Shown here one piece after another: positions 11,775-23,599 of a stretch of DNA of 64,000 nt. The notes under the pieces are model-generated. The model was not told where the DNA came from. It searched no databases and saw only the letters and a program-made list of their open reading frames with translations. The number at the start of each line of letters is the position of its first letter. Positions within the stretch are counted from its first letter, which is position 1. The stretch spans positions 68,262,001-68,326,000 of the forward strand of contig OX597830.1 of assembly GCA_951406725.2 (NCBI GenBank), read 5' to 3'. A program made the position numbers and the translations under genes. The stretch comes from Octopus vulgaris (taxonomy: Eukaryota).

Positions 11775-12097
11775 TATTAGGGAATGAATCCAAAATTACA
11801 GGGAAAAATCAGATTTAGGGTTAAATCCAATTTTATAGTAAAATATTATATAATATAATTCGAGACAAAACCACTATTTTAAAACCAAACAAGGAAAGAC
11901 TTAATCAATACATAAAACTTCAAAATTTGATACTGATTAGAAGATCGAAAATCCACCTGAAGATTGTCGGTAGCAGACATGAAACATTTGTTGTGGCGGT
12001 TTATTTAATTTATATTAAAATTTTATGTATTGATTAAGTCTTTCCTTGTTTGGTTTTAAAATAGTGGTTTTGTCTCGAATTATATTATATAATATAT
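11775..12097. mobile_element. Penelope-like non-autonomous fragment with inverted arms (~11845-11920 / 12016-12097) between TA tracts
   Basis: Inverted arms are visible, a hammerhead lies in the spacer, and related termini occur at ~25285-25425 and ~53435-53540. Confidence 0.6.
11953..11996 (+). ncRNA. type I hammerhead ribozyme motif
   Basis: CCAC-CTGAAGA-TTGTC(GGTAGCA)GACAT-GAAA-CATTT-GTT-GTGG, with stem I CCAC/GTGG and stem II TGTC/GACA. Confidence 0.65.
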
Positions 12098-12187
12098 ATA
12101 CATACATATATATATACATACATATATATATATATATATATACATACATATATATATATATACATACATATATATATATATACGTAC

Positions 12188-12218
<31 letters not shown>

Positions 12219-12425
12219 CATACATATATATATATATATATACATGCATATATATATATACATGTATGTGTATTTTAAGGGAGTTTTGGCTGCTATTTCT
12301 TGCAGGTTGACCATCATATGGCAGTTTTCTTGTTAGTTCATAATATTTGTTTGACTGATACGGTGGCAGGCAACATGAAAATATATATTATCTAGAGGCT
12401 ACAGGGGAGGTAATCATGCAACTAA

Positions 12426-12785
12426 TTATTTTTTGCTCACGTGGAGGGTAGATACATTGGCCCAGTTCTCAGAGTGTTAAGAAACATTGACCTTGATGTA
12501 TATGTATCTATGACTGAAATTCTTCAATGGTTGTCTGACTGTCAGCGTCAAACGGATACTTATGCTACCAGTGGTGATATCAACTTGACCCACGTATGTC
12601 AATGAGCGGGAGCTTTCGATGATATTCTGAATTTGGTAATTTGATAACATTTCGTTGAAGCTGTGTTATTTTATGCAATAAAATACTTTTTCACGACTGC
12701 ACATGAAGTGCAGATATACGAGTTATGGCAACTTTTAACCGAAGGACATCTGCCTTGTGAACAAATATACAAGGAAATGAAATAA
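12426..12785 (+). pseudogene. possible decayed coding segment of unknown family
   Basis: One frame reads as protein-like text with three internal stops (RYIGPVLRVLRNIDLDVYVSMTEILQW...). Weak similarity to the exons at 18.2 and 30.0 kb. Confidence 0.25.
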
Positions 12786-12799
12786 AGTTTTAATACAAA

Positions 12800-12862
12800 A
12801 CTAGCAGTATCGCCCGGTGTTGTTCGAGTTTGTTTCGACCCTTTAGAATTGGAATTTTTGGA
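12800..12862 (-). mobile_element. Helitron/HINE-like terminus fragment
   Basis: ACTAGCAGTATCGCCCGGTGTTG, whose reverse complement ends in TGCTAGT. Confidence 0.4.
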
Positions 12863-12884
12863 ACGAAAAAAAAAAAAAAAAAAA

Positions 12885-13076
12885 ACTGGCCTAAATGTCT
12901 CTCCTCGCCAGACATCGACGTGAAACTTCAACAATTCATGTCTGTAATGCAAGCCATATGCTACAAATGTGTCCCAGAGAGAAAGGCCACTGTACACAAG
13001 AACAAAATCCCCAGAGAGAGCAATCAACTTTGTTTTACATAGGAATACATAGTTATAAATTCTATTTAAAATGTAC

Positions 13077-13135
<59 letters not shown>

Positions 13136-13520
13136 GAGGGAGAGAGAGAGACTTTGCTTCTTGCAATCAAACCCTAAGCATAGCACTCGTGGAAGCTCAT
13201 CTCAGCCATGAAATAGAGGATGCAGAAATACACGTACCAAAATATATCATACTGTGAACAGACAGAAGGGAAAAGAACCATAGAGTTGCTGTATACATCC
13301 GTAATGACCTCAAACCAAAGGCCTTACTGTCATATTCAAATTCAGTACGTGCCATTCTAATTGTATACATAAAGCAACACAATACAGTCATATGTAATAC
13401 ATATTGCCCACTGGAGGCTCCAAACCACATAGGCAAATGTGAAGATTGCCTCACAAGAATTAATGAAATCCTCATGTAACTGGAACACCACGTGAGCATA
13501 TTTCTTATGCGTGATTTCAA
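12885..13520 (+). mobile_element. two CR1/L2-group LINE fragments (12885-13020 nearly identical to copy A; 13145-13520 diverged APE region)
   Basis: NWPKCLSSPDIDVKLQQF...KNKIPRE; ALVEAHLSHEIEDAEIHVPKY. Confidence 0.85.
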
Positions 13521-13529
13521 CGTGATTTC

Positions 13530-15480
13530 AAGGCCTCATGCTCTCAGTAATGACTCATTGAAAACAAGCACAGGTAGAGTCCCTGCTCAACCGCTTATTT
13601 TTTTCTCATGTTGTCACTGCACTACCGAGCATAGCTCTGAGCACCTTGGGTATGTGCTGCGGCTTGTTGTGGTCCTCTTATTTTCATATTTGTGCTATTT
13701 TCTATGTTTATATTTACTTGTAAGTCCGAGTACTTTTCTGATGCATTTTTCTGAATACTTTTTATCATACCTACTGTGATAGGAATTATTTGTTTCTGTT
13801 TTTAGATTCCACATTCGTGTTACCTCTACTTCCAGATTCTTGCATTTTGATAGTTTCTCTATTTATTTTAGAAAAACTTTCTCATCTGTTGGTATTGATA
13901 TATCAAGTAGAAAGCATTTTTTTATTGATGATCTCTAGCAACTAAACCCGACCTGATAGCCTTAATTTCTCTACCTGTGTGTATTGAGGAAGATTTGGTC
14001 TTGTGTTGAAAATAAAAATCCTTTAGTCTCTACTCTGAGTCCTGAGCTTCTCAGCCATTGTTGGGATTTTGCTTTGTCTATTTTGCGTTTAGTTTAACCC
14101 AATATTTGCCATGATGGGGCTTTCCTTGCCATCATGTTATCATAATCCGTTGCTGTTCCAGTTTTAGCTTGGATTTCAGTTATTTTACATCGTTTGTTTT
14201 TTCTTCTTTTTCCTCATACCTGTTAGATACTACGACTCTTTTTGGTTTTGATTGTTTTTTGTGGCTATTTGTAATAGTTTTCCTTGCCTCTGAAGTAGGT
14301 ATTTCTGTAGTCCTAGGTGGTTATTTTGTAAAGGTTTTCTAGCTGTATAAGGCATCTACCACCTTCCATACGTTGTATACAAAACACTTTAACGTCAGAT
14401 CTTGGGTGGTGCATCCTAAATGCTGTCACTATTTTTCTTCTTTTCCAGTCTATTTTGATTAGTTCATTTAGCGTCCAGTTAAGAATATTGTCACGGTAAC
14501 TGTGACGGCGAGTGTTGATACCTTATTATCTTGTTTTTTTTGCATTGAGCTCTGTTTTCAGTATTAATCTAACTCGTCTATAGCATTCTTTTCTTATCTT
14601 CTCTTTCGTTTTTGTTTGTTGTATCTTACCCTGGCCATAATTAGACCCTTCTTCTTTCTGCGACTGTTTTTAGTTATGGCTTTAGTGATAAGTAGCTGAT
14701 CTTTACAGCCCTTGCAGCATCCCTTCTGCTCTTCTGGAAGCAAAGGCTATTTTCTTCGATACGCTTACCCATTCGCTGTGATATTATTGAAGTAAAGGCT
14801 TTGTAAGATGCAGAGAGACAAGTATTCTTTTTGTAATTTCGTGGGTTTGGCGTTTCAGAGGATTTGGGAATTAGGATAGTTTTCCCTTCCGTGAGCCATT
14901 CAGTCATTGTCTCTGGCTTTGCTAGTATATCATTAAATTTCCCAGTCAGCCTTTTATGTTTTCTTGGCAGGTATTTTAACCAGGACTTAAGGATCTTGTG
15001 CCCAGGTGCCTTCCAGTTGCTTAGGTTTTTCAGTGTCTGGGTGACCTCTTCAGTTGTTATAGGGTCCAGAGTTGTTCAGGTGCTGTTTTTGTTATTTTAA
15101 AAGACATTTTCTGAGGTAGTTCCATCGACGACCATATTTCTTTCCCAAATTCTTCCATTTCTGCTGGTGGTGCTGCATTGATCTCTAAATTATTTTGCCA
15201 AGTTCTTGGTAGAATCTTTTGGGGTTAGAGTTGAACTTTTTCTTTTGTTCAGAGAAATGTTGACGGCTTCAGCTGTTCTTTTAACTCAGGCCTACCTTGT
15301 TCTTCAATTTTGTATTTATTGAGTATTTTTCTTGTTTTCTTGTTAATTAGTAGTGTTGATTGTCTATTACTTTCATTAAGGATTGACAGATTATTTCTCT
15401 TATTTTCATCAAATATGCAGCGACGACCTTGTTCTTCATTTTTTTTGTGCAATATATTGTCCAGCTCCAGGATCCCAGAT
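13530..15480 (-). mobile_element. degenerate R4/Dong-type (RLE) LINE remnant
   Basis: NWKAPG, EWLTEGKTILIPK..NPRNY and GGR-type RT remnants with many stops. Confidence 0.7.
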
Positions 15481-16387
15481 TACTTGTACCCATCATCATC
15501 CGGGTCTTCCATTCTCTCTCCGTTTGGCCCTCCTATACTCCTACAATTTACTCTTTCCCTCGCTTCAAAATAAGCACCGAAAACTTCGAGATACCTACAT
15601 CCGTCCCTATATCCATGTTGCACATTTGCACAGCCTCAACACCAGCCCCTCCTTTTCAGACTCTGCTGTTCGCGAAAAGTTTTAAATCAGCCATGAAGAG
15701 GTGTTTGAGACGAGGTCCAATCTTTCTCAGCTTATAGAGCCCATTGATTTTGCATAGGACTACAGAAAGTTTTCAAATCAGTATTCTACATATTCTTGAT
15801 GCGTAAAACAATTTCTGTATTGATTCTTAAATATGGTAAATGTGATCGACCTAAGAGACAGAAAGTTGAAACAGCAAGAAACCACAAGCTAGCAGCGTAT
15901 TTAAATTTTCAGGAAATGTATGAGAACTAATATGAGTTTGGAGAGTGAGATGGGGTGGGCACCCACATTGACTTAGTATTATAAATAATGACAAGAAGGA
16001 AAGCATTGGTATAAGGAAGGAGTTAGAGTAATCAAAAGACCGATAGAAAAGGATGTCAGTAGAATTCTCTGACGAAATTAGAGAAGAGGCGAGGAACAAG
16101 ACAAGAGTCACATCGGATCACAAAGGCGCAGTAGGGTTATAGATAAGGAGTAATTAAGTGCATCATATTTTAGGGATACTAAACTATCAGGAACCAGACG
16201 TGGCTTGAGATGTGTCATTGGGGAGGTTGGTAGGTGGAGCGTCAACCTGTAATGTGCGGTCAAACAAATAAGTTATCTATCCACCTAAGGAAATATACAC
16301 GTGTATATATGCATATAGGCACGTGCACATACATACACAAACCCCAAAACAAACGCATAATCCCGAACAATATGTATCTGTGTGTGC

Positions 16388-16437
<50 letters not shown>

Positions 16438-16777
16438 AAGAAACAATCAAAACAGTTTGATTCAAATTATTTATTAAAGCTTGCAATACGACCCCCCCCC
16501 CCCAAAAAAAAACCTTTGACTCAGTATGGTATATGTGTTTGTACCTACATACAAACACATATGTATATATGTATGTATGTCATTATCCAGTTTTATTTTG
16601 CCAATAGAGAATACAGTGCCCAATTCAAAATGGCTGACGACTAGCATCGCGTTTGAAACTCAAAAGTACCAACAAATTTGAATCAAACTGTTCTGATTGA
16701 TATATGTAACTCTCAATAAATTGATTGAGGACCCTCCTTTTGTTTGTCCACTCACTCGTATACATATATATTTATAT

Positions 16778-16834
<57 letters not shown>

Positions 16835-17016
16835 GGAAACATGCTGCTGAAGACGTTTATACCGATAGAACACCCGGTAAATTGTCTTCATGTAAGTTGA
16901 ACTAATTCCTTTTTATGTTTTTTCCCAGCAAAAACAGTCCTCTTTTTATGAAACGTTGAAATTCCGATATTATAACATTTCTCTTTCTCCCCCGCACCCA
17001 CTTATAGTGATAATTG

Positions 17017-17056
<40 letters not shown>

Positions 17057-17099
17057 AGTGATATTTTTGTTGCCTGTTTATTTCTCCTAAATCATAGCA

Positions 17100-18145
17100 A
17101 CACATTTGACCATCGTCCCTTGTAGCGATGCACCCATCCAACACAGCTGCTGAGTGATATCCGAGAGACTGGACAGGGCCACACAGAAGGCCTCCATGAC
17201 TATGGGAACATGATTTAGTTCAAAAATTGGGGTCAAAATGGACAAGAATCATGCAATCAAGAAAGAGCTCACTGTGACCAGTCCGTAGCGAAGTACAGCA
17301 GCATTTAATAATCTGGTCGATACAGTGGTATACTGTATCCCCCTTCTCCCCATTATGAGCATCAACATCATCGTCAAAGTCATCCTGTTCCTTGCTGGAA
17401 TCGTGCTCCTGTGTGCTTTGGCATGTTTAATACCCCATAATACCCTTCTAATGCTTACCACCTTTCAACATAATCTGGGTGTAATTTTCATTCCATCAGC
17501 ACAAGTGGGGTTACCATGTTTATTACAAGGTTATGAACACCAAGGTGGAGCGAGTTTACGCGAGGAGGAGTAGAAAGGAGTAAAGTATGAAAGAAAAGGG
17601 TTGGAGCAGCAGGAGTTTGCTGTTATAAAGGAGTTAGATGACCCTTCGTATTTTAGAAGAGGTGATCAGGTGGAGCAGGAAACTACAAAGAAAAATAGGC
17701 GTGATGTGTCAGGGTGAACACTGACGGTACGAAGTGGGTAGGATGAGTGGGGAGTAGGGGATATCTTTTAATGCAGAACCACAGAAAAGAAATGGTGATA
17801 ATGTAAAAAGGAGAAGGAAGAGTGAGAGAGATGACACGCTGTTGGGTAGGTTGGAGGAGTGGATGGGGGAGAGAAAGAGGAATGCACAGTGTATGGGAAA
17901 AGGGTGTGGTGTGGTGGTGGGTGAGGGGAGATAAATTGGAGGTACGGAAGGGTTGGGGAAGGGGCGAGGATTGAAAGTATGGGTGGAGAGAACAGTAATG
18001 AAGGATGAAGGGTGGATAAATTGTGAAATGATTCTGGGTAGAAAAACAATGGCATGGAAGAACTGGTGTTAGGTAGGCGATGGGTGGTGGTGAGTGTCTT
18101 GAAAAGAGGGAAACTGGGTGAAGCATCCAGTTGTGCATATCGCCA
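17100..18145 (-). mobile_element. degenerate non-LTR retroelement 5' region interrupting gene block A
   Basis: Similarity to the paralogous block stops abruptly at ~18146, followed by a purine-skewed UTR-like tract. Family not resolved. Confidence 0.4.
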
Positions 18146-18264
18146 ATCATCTTGATCCCATGTAATCTCCTCCATGTTGTCCAAGATTCTGAGATCAACA
18201 TTCAGTCTCTTCCATGAAGCCGAAAGTCCTGTGATCGGTGAAACACACACACGCGCACACTCAT

Positions 18265-18329
<65 letters not shown>

Positions 18330-18690
18330 TGTGTGCATATGTGATTGTGTGCATTATGTATGTATGTATACATACATGTATATATATATATATACATACA
18401 TACATACATACATACATACATACATACATACCCTCTGACTGGCCACTGGTACTTATAGTGTCAAATACGTTCGGTATGCAAATTAGAGATCCTTACATAC
18501 AGTAACTGCAGCATTTGTTGAGTATAGAAACAGTTTGGCTGCTTGTTTCTCTGGAGACTGTCAGAATGATATGGATATCTCTCATGAGAACGCAACAAGG
18601 GTTGAAAATCAATTAAGGTTGTTCATTATCTTTTTTTTCAATCTGTGGAGAAATGCCTAAAATTTGCCCTGTTTATAATTATACCATATG

Positions 18691-18724
<34 letters not shown>

Positions 18725-19557
18725 CCGCCTATGTACCGTTGGAGATTTTTTTCCCTCCGTCTTCCCTTCTTTGGATCTTTCCTTTTCCTATGGTTTTGAC
18801 GAAGAGCTCCGCTCGAAATGTTAAACCCTCCTTCTTTCCTGGGCGTCCAATAATACTCTACATGTTCCACGTCCTCGCGTTGTTGTGTTTTATGTTTGTG
18901 TTTTCATGTATATATATACATACATACATATATAAATCTTTATATATAAATAGATAGATAGATACATAGATAGATAGATACATACATACACATATACATA
19001 CATATATACATACATATATACATACATTCATGCATAAATATATATATATGGGGAATTTAGAAACTGGTTCTACTGGTTTGACATATAATACGATGATTCT
19101 TTCCATCTCTAATAATATGATATATAGAAGCTGGTTTTTCTAATATTAAAAATTGTCCCCAGTGATATTAAAATGAAAACCACTACACTGACTGCAACGA
19201 TATAACAAAATGGAAGCCTGCAATAAATATATAGAATTTAGTAGCTGGATCTACCAAAGAGAGATACAAAAGAGTTCTACCGTCTTAAAAAATTGCAGAT
19301 AGCTCTACCAGTCTGAAGAATAATAGCTTGGTCTACCAGTATAAATGATAGCAACCAGTCGTATTAATGTGAGAAAATATATGAAATTATTCATAAACAG
19401 AATATGCAGCGTTCATTTTAAGCAAATCCTTTGATGAAACTCTCAAGAAATCATTTATCCCAATTCAGAACTATTCAAGCATATTTTAAGATTAAAATAA
19501 AAGCTTACTTGTTTGGGTTTCTGACAATATACCTGAGCCATTTCTTGACGCTCTGGT
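18146..19557 (-). pseudogene. decayed gene copy A: exons 19509-19557, 18497-18580 and ~18146-18211 (truncated)
   Basis: ttttgcag|...ATG...CAA|gtaagc, then gag|84 nt|gtaagg; the third acceptor is mutated AG>GG. Reads MAQVYCQKPKQ-RYPYHSDSLQRNKQPNCFYTQQMLQLLY-KRLNVDLRILDNMEEITWDQDD. Confidence 0.6.
18720..18905 (+). mobile_element. Penelope-like terminal fragment with a degenerate hammerhead
   Basis: TTGACGA-AGAGC-TCC-GCTC-GAAATGTT-AAACC at 18796-18827. Absent from the paralogous intron at ~30.5 kb. Confidence 0.55.
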
Positions 19558-19965
19558 CTGCAAAATCAATAAATTGTAAAATTCCAGGTTAGTAAAATTA
19601 ATTGTCATGATGTGTATAAAGATGAATATATAAGTCTTTATCTTTAACTGTGAACGTCGAATAGAAAAGTTGTGTTATGCATAGAAAGAAATCGAGACTA
19701 TGGAAAAGAAAACCAGGTTTAAGGAATAAAATGGCAGGTGAAAAGTTATGCACAGAAGGATTGATTTAGTTAGTGATGAAGGCTGAGAGATAAACAAAGA
19801 TCAAAGGAAGCTAAGAAATTAAGAGAGAATTCAGAAAGAGGCAATTCTTCAAAGAGGAAAATAGAAATATGCTGAAAATGGCAGAAAAGGTGGAGAAATT
19901 AAACTTAACAGAAGCAATTGATACCTTAAAAATGATTCTATTGTCATACATATATACATGCATAC

Positions 19966-20018
<53 letters not shown>

Positions 20019-20066
20019 CATACATAAATACGTATATATATATATGAGTGTATGTGTGTCTGTATG

Positions 20067-20119
<53 letters not shown>

Positions 20120-20125
<6 letters not shown>

Positions 20126-20830
20126 TAAAAAACGGGCAAAAAAGTTAAGAAAAACAACAACATGGTACATGCAAATTGTTAATAAGACGCTCACAGAAGG
20201 AAGGAAAGAAAGGGTGTTTTACGTTTCGAGCAAAGGTTTTTTTCAGATACAGGAGACAGAGTAAAATCCAAGAGAAAATGAAGACAAAGGGAAAATAAGG
20301 ATTCACATAGAATCGGGTTCTTGAAAATATATGTACCAGGTAGGGTTGGATAAACTGTGTTTCCGGTCTATGGTTGATAAGTATCAAATGGGATATTCTG
20401 GTTGTGTACACAGAGAAACCAATTTTATGAACATCGGACACGTATGAGAAAAGATGGAAGCAAGTGGTATGCGTGTTGGGAATGAAAGATCCTACATGAG
20501 TGTGCCCATAAAAGGTTAACAAAAAAGGTTTCAGTAGAGGAACGCGTTCTGCGGGGTCATAACCGTTCCCCCACTCCATCAGTACTTTGCTTTGTTCGTC
20601 CCCTCATTCGATATATTTCCGTAAAATATTCAAATTCATTACGTAAATACCATTCGCTTACGTAGACCCCGCATTTCATTTTGTATTGTCCCTCTGTGTT
20701 TCGTCCTTGTGGTCGAAATAAAAGTCATTCGTAATTTCTCCTTTTTTGGTACGTGTTTCATTTCTGCTGAAAGTTTTGGCGTGAACGGTTGTGCTTTTGT
20801 GTGCTGCTTTGCAGCGGTCCTTTTTGTGAA
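20120..20830 (-). mobile_element. Penelope-like remnant
   Basis: Degenerate hammerhead terminus (CTGAAAAAAACCTTTGCTCGAAACGTA on the minus strand) shared with ~31810-31995 and 37795-37965. Confidence 0.45.
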
Positions 20831-21064
20831 AAGCCACTATTCGTTTGGTGGTTGTGAGTCGTTGAGAAAATGAAAAGTTATGCTGAATGAACAGAGGGTC
20901 GAACGTGTGTTGACCCGAGTGTACTGAAGCAGAATGTATTCTTTCCCGACTCGGGACTGATGAAGAAATGTGGAAGTTTGATTAAGAGGGAGGGGTCAAA
21001 TGTAAAGCTGTCTCTTCCAGAGCGAGAGCGCGCTGTAATAAGAAAGAGGACGATAACATACAGA

Positions 21065-21550
21065 ACTTTTAAATTTCTAAATATCTCAGAGATATAAGCA
21101 GTGGTGGTACGATAGAGCAGCTGTATATTGCCAACTTAACGTGACAGTCCCATAAAGGGAATCACACCACCGCTATTTAGCCCTAGGAATCATCCACGCT
21201 TCCTCTCGGTCTTGACACATTTCCTGTGTCCTTATGTTTACATGGGGGAGACAAGCACCCCCCCTCCAGCCAAGCATGCATCCAGAGACAGGTTTCTGAG
21301 TCTTGCTCGTCATCAGTCTGGAGTAGCATGGCTTCTTTCTTTATTATAGGCACAATGGCTTGATTATATAAAGGGGACATAACAAGACAAACGGGAACAT
21401 AAAACAAATGATGTATGATTGATGGAATGATTAACAAATAATGAGAATGAGACGGTTCGACTTGCTTCCGCTGCGAGACGAACTGTGAACTTTTCACATT
21501 AATTCTCAATACCATCGTGTCTCACTGTGAAGCGAAACCACAATGGTCTT
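21065..21550 (-). mobile_element. Penelope-like terminal repeat (pLTR-like)
   Basis: Contains a canonical hammerhead. 21065-21200 recurs at 23425-23597 in direct and inverted form. Confidence 0.55.
21274..21330 (-). ncRNA. type I hammerhead ribozyme motif
   Basis: TCCAGA-CTGATGA-CGAG(CAAGA)CTCA-GAAA-CCT-GTC-TCTGGA, with a 6-bp stem I plus a distal CATGC/GCATG pairing. Confidence 0.75.
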
Positions 21551-21584
21551 CGTATCACTATCGTATAAAATGTATCATTAATTG

Positions 21585-23135
21585 TTCACATTAGTCTTTC
21601 TATTTTCCTTTTCTAGTTTATCTTTTTTTTTCCAAGTATTACATTTTTTCTTTTCTTTACAATTTCACAAAACACAAGTTCAATTCTCAGTTCATTTGCC
21701 GTTCAATTCACGGTTCTTTTTAAACATTAATTGCATTACGCTCGTAATTATATTACCGTCTGTGTTTTTTCACCACATTTATTCTTTACACGACATTTCT
21801 TCTTCCTCTCGTTCTCTTTCTTTTCTTGTGTTCTCCTTCTCGAGGCTACCGCTTCGTTCACATCTTCCTCCGTTTGTGTATCTGTAATTTCTCCCGGCTG
21901 CAAATACGTCTCTTCTATCTGTTCTTCTTTATCTTTGAGCTTAAACAACTTTAGATTTCCTCGCCATATACGTCTTCGTTTTGCAATTCCATCGATCTCA
22001 ATATATCTTCTATAGTTGGTTCCTCAGTGTTACCATTCTAAGTAATATTCTCTGCCATTCCTCTATCCGTTTCCGATTCTTCTAACGTTGTTGAGTTTTT
22101 CAAATACTTCTCTTCCATCTGTTCTTCTTTATCTTTGAGCTTAAAGAACTCTAGATTTTCTCGCTCTGTTTTGTCTTCGTTTTGCAGTTCCATCGCTCTC
22201 TCTATCTCTTCTATAGTTGGCTCTTCAGTGTTACCGTTCTGATATGTTATATTCTCTGCTATTCCTTTACTTTTTTCGTTTCTTTTAAAGTTGGTGACTT
22301 TTTACGTTCTCTCTTCCTGCTCTTCACCATATTCGTTCTATTATTGTTCCCCCTCTTCACTTCGTCGGCTGCTTTTTCTTCCACCGTTGTTTCCAACCTT
22401 TTCTCTACTTCTGTATTCGGGCATTTCCTTCGCATATGCCCCATCATGCCACACAAGTAGCATTTTGGGAGTCTTCCCTGCAGCACAATATCTAACTTTT
22501 CACCGGTCGGTAATTCAATTTCATAACCCCCAAAATTCAAGCATTGTTTTGCTCACTGTTAGTACGTTCAACTTTGTATTTCCTCTCTTCAAATACTCTC
22601 TGAAGATTCCCACTATTACCCATTCAGGCTCTATTATGGGTGGGATTCTTCCAACTCTAATTTTCACTACCATTTTCCTGGTTTGTCGGGTATGAGAGTC
22701 CACCTATTTCCTTCTATCACTTGGTCGTTCCTCTTTGCCGCCTCCACATTTTCAAATATAACATTTACCTTGCCGTATTGGCTTCCTCTATTTATAAAAA
22801 CCACTCTATCCATACAGCACTATACCATTGCTTCTATTTGAAATTCAGGTGCTATTTCAATCCTCCTGGATTCGTTGGAGAATGTTCTGTATACTATTGT
22901 TGAATTCCTTAACATTTTCTTTTTCTCCTCCGACATTATAAGCTTCACATTCGTTGCTTCTCTTCCTACTTTGCTCATGTATCTCTTCATCTTTTCAGGG
23001 TCACAATTCAACGACTTCGGTGTTAGGCTTCTTAATGTTTCCTTTTCCGGGTCTTCCGCGTAGCTCTTCATTTCAAATTTTTCTTTTACCACCAAACGTC
23101 GGCTTCGCACGCATCTTCGATTAGCTTCTCTCAAA
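21585..23135 (-). mobile_element. decayed L1/Tx1 ORF1-like (gag-like) element with no ORF2
   Basis: Frameshifted ORF with IRVGRIPP..EPEW and a CCHC knuckle CYLCGMMGHMRRKC. The E/K-rich tail has an internal duplication (~21905-22065 vs ~22110-22265). A-rich end. Confidence 0.65.
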
Positions 23136-23280
23136 AAACAACAAAAACATGGAGTAGCATGATTTGCTAGCTGCAGATACTTGTCTAGACCTTGTAAACA
23201 TAGGTACTTGTATCGCAGAGTGGTCCCAGTTTGCGCACACACGCAGACGCGCGTCCGCGCTAGCCAGACGTAGCCAGTCG

Positions 23281-23424
23281 ATCCTACGAGCTGACTGGCG
23301 CATGCACGATATATACGATATATAATTGTATCGTATATATACAAGTAAATATATCCTATACACGTATATATCGATACAAGTATATATCGTATATATCGTG
23401 CATGCGCCAGTCAGCTCGTAGGAT
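23281..23424. repeat. hairpin with perfect 44-bp arms
   Basis: ATCCTACGAGCTGACTGGCGCATGCACGATATATACGATATATA and its exact reverse complement at 23381-23424. Confidence 0.9.
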
Positions 23425-23597
23425 TAAATTTCTAAATATCTCAGAGAGATATAAGCAGTGATGGTATCCCATAAAGGAAATCACACTACCGCTATTTAGG
23501 CATAGGAAGCGTTGATGCTTCCTAGGGCTAAATAGCGGTGGTGTGATTCCCTTTATGGGACTGTCACGTTAAGTTGACAGTATACAACTGCTCTATA
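23425..23597. repeat. fold-back copy of the 21065-21200 terminal repeat
   Basis: Direct copy with an internal deletion, then an inverted copy from ~23515. Confidence 0.8.
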
Positions 23598-23599
23598 CA

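Noticed and set aside
2391-12336. Long Y/I/H/T/C/V-rich ORFs (e.g. 2663-3397, 4943-5590, 10889-11793)
   Set aside because: They are translations of stop-free (TA)n/(TACA)n microsatellites, not genes.
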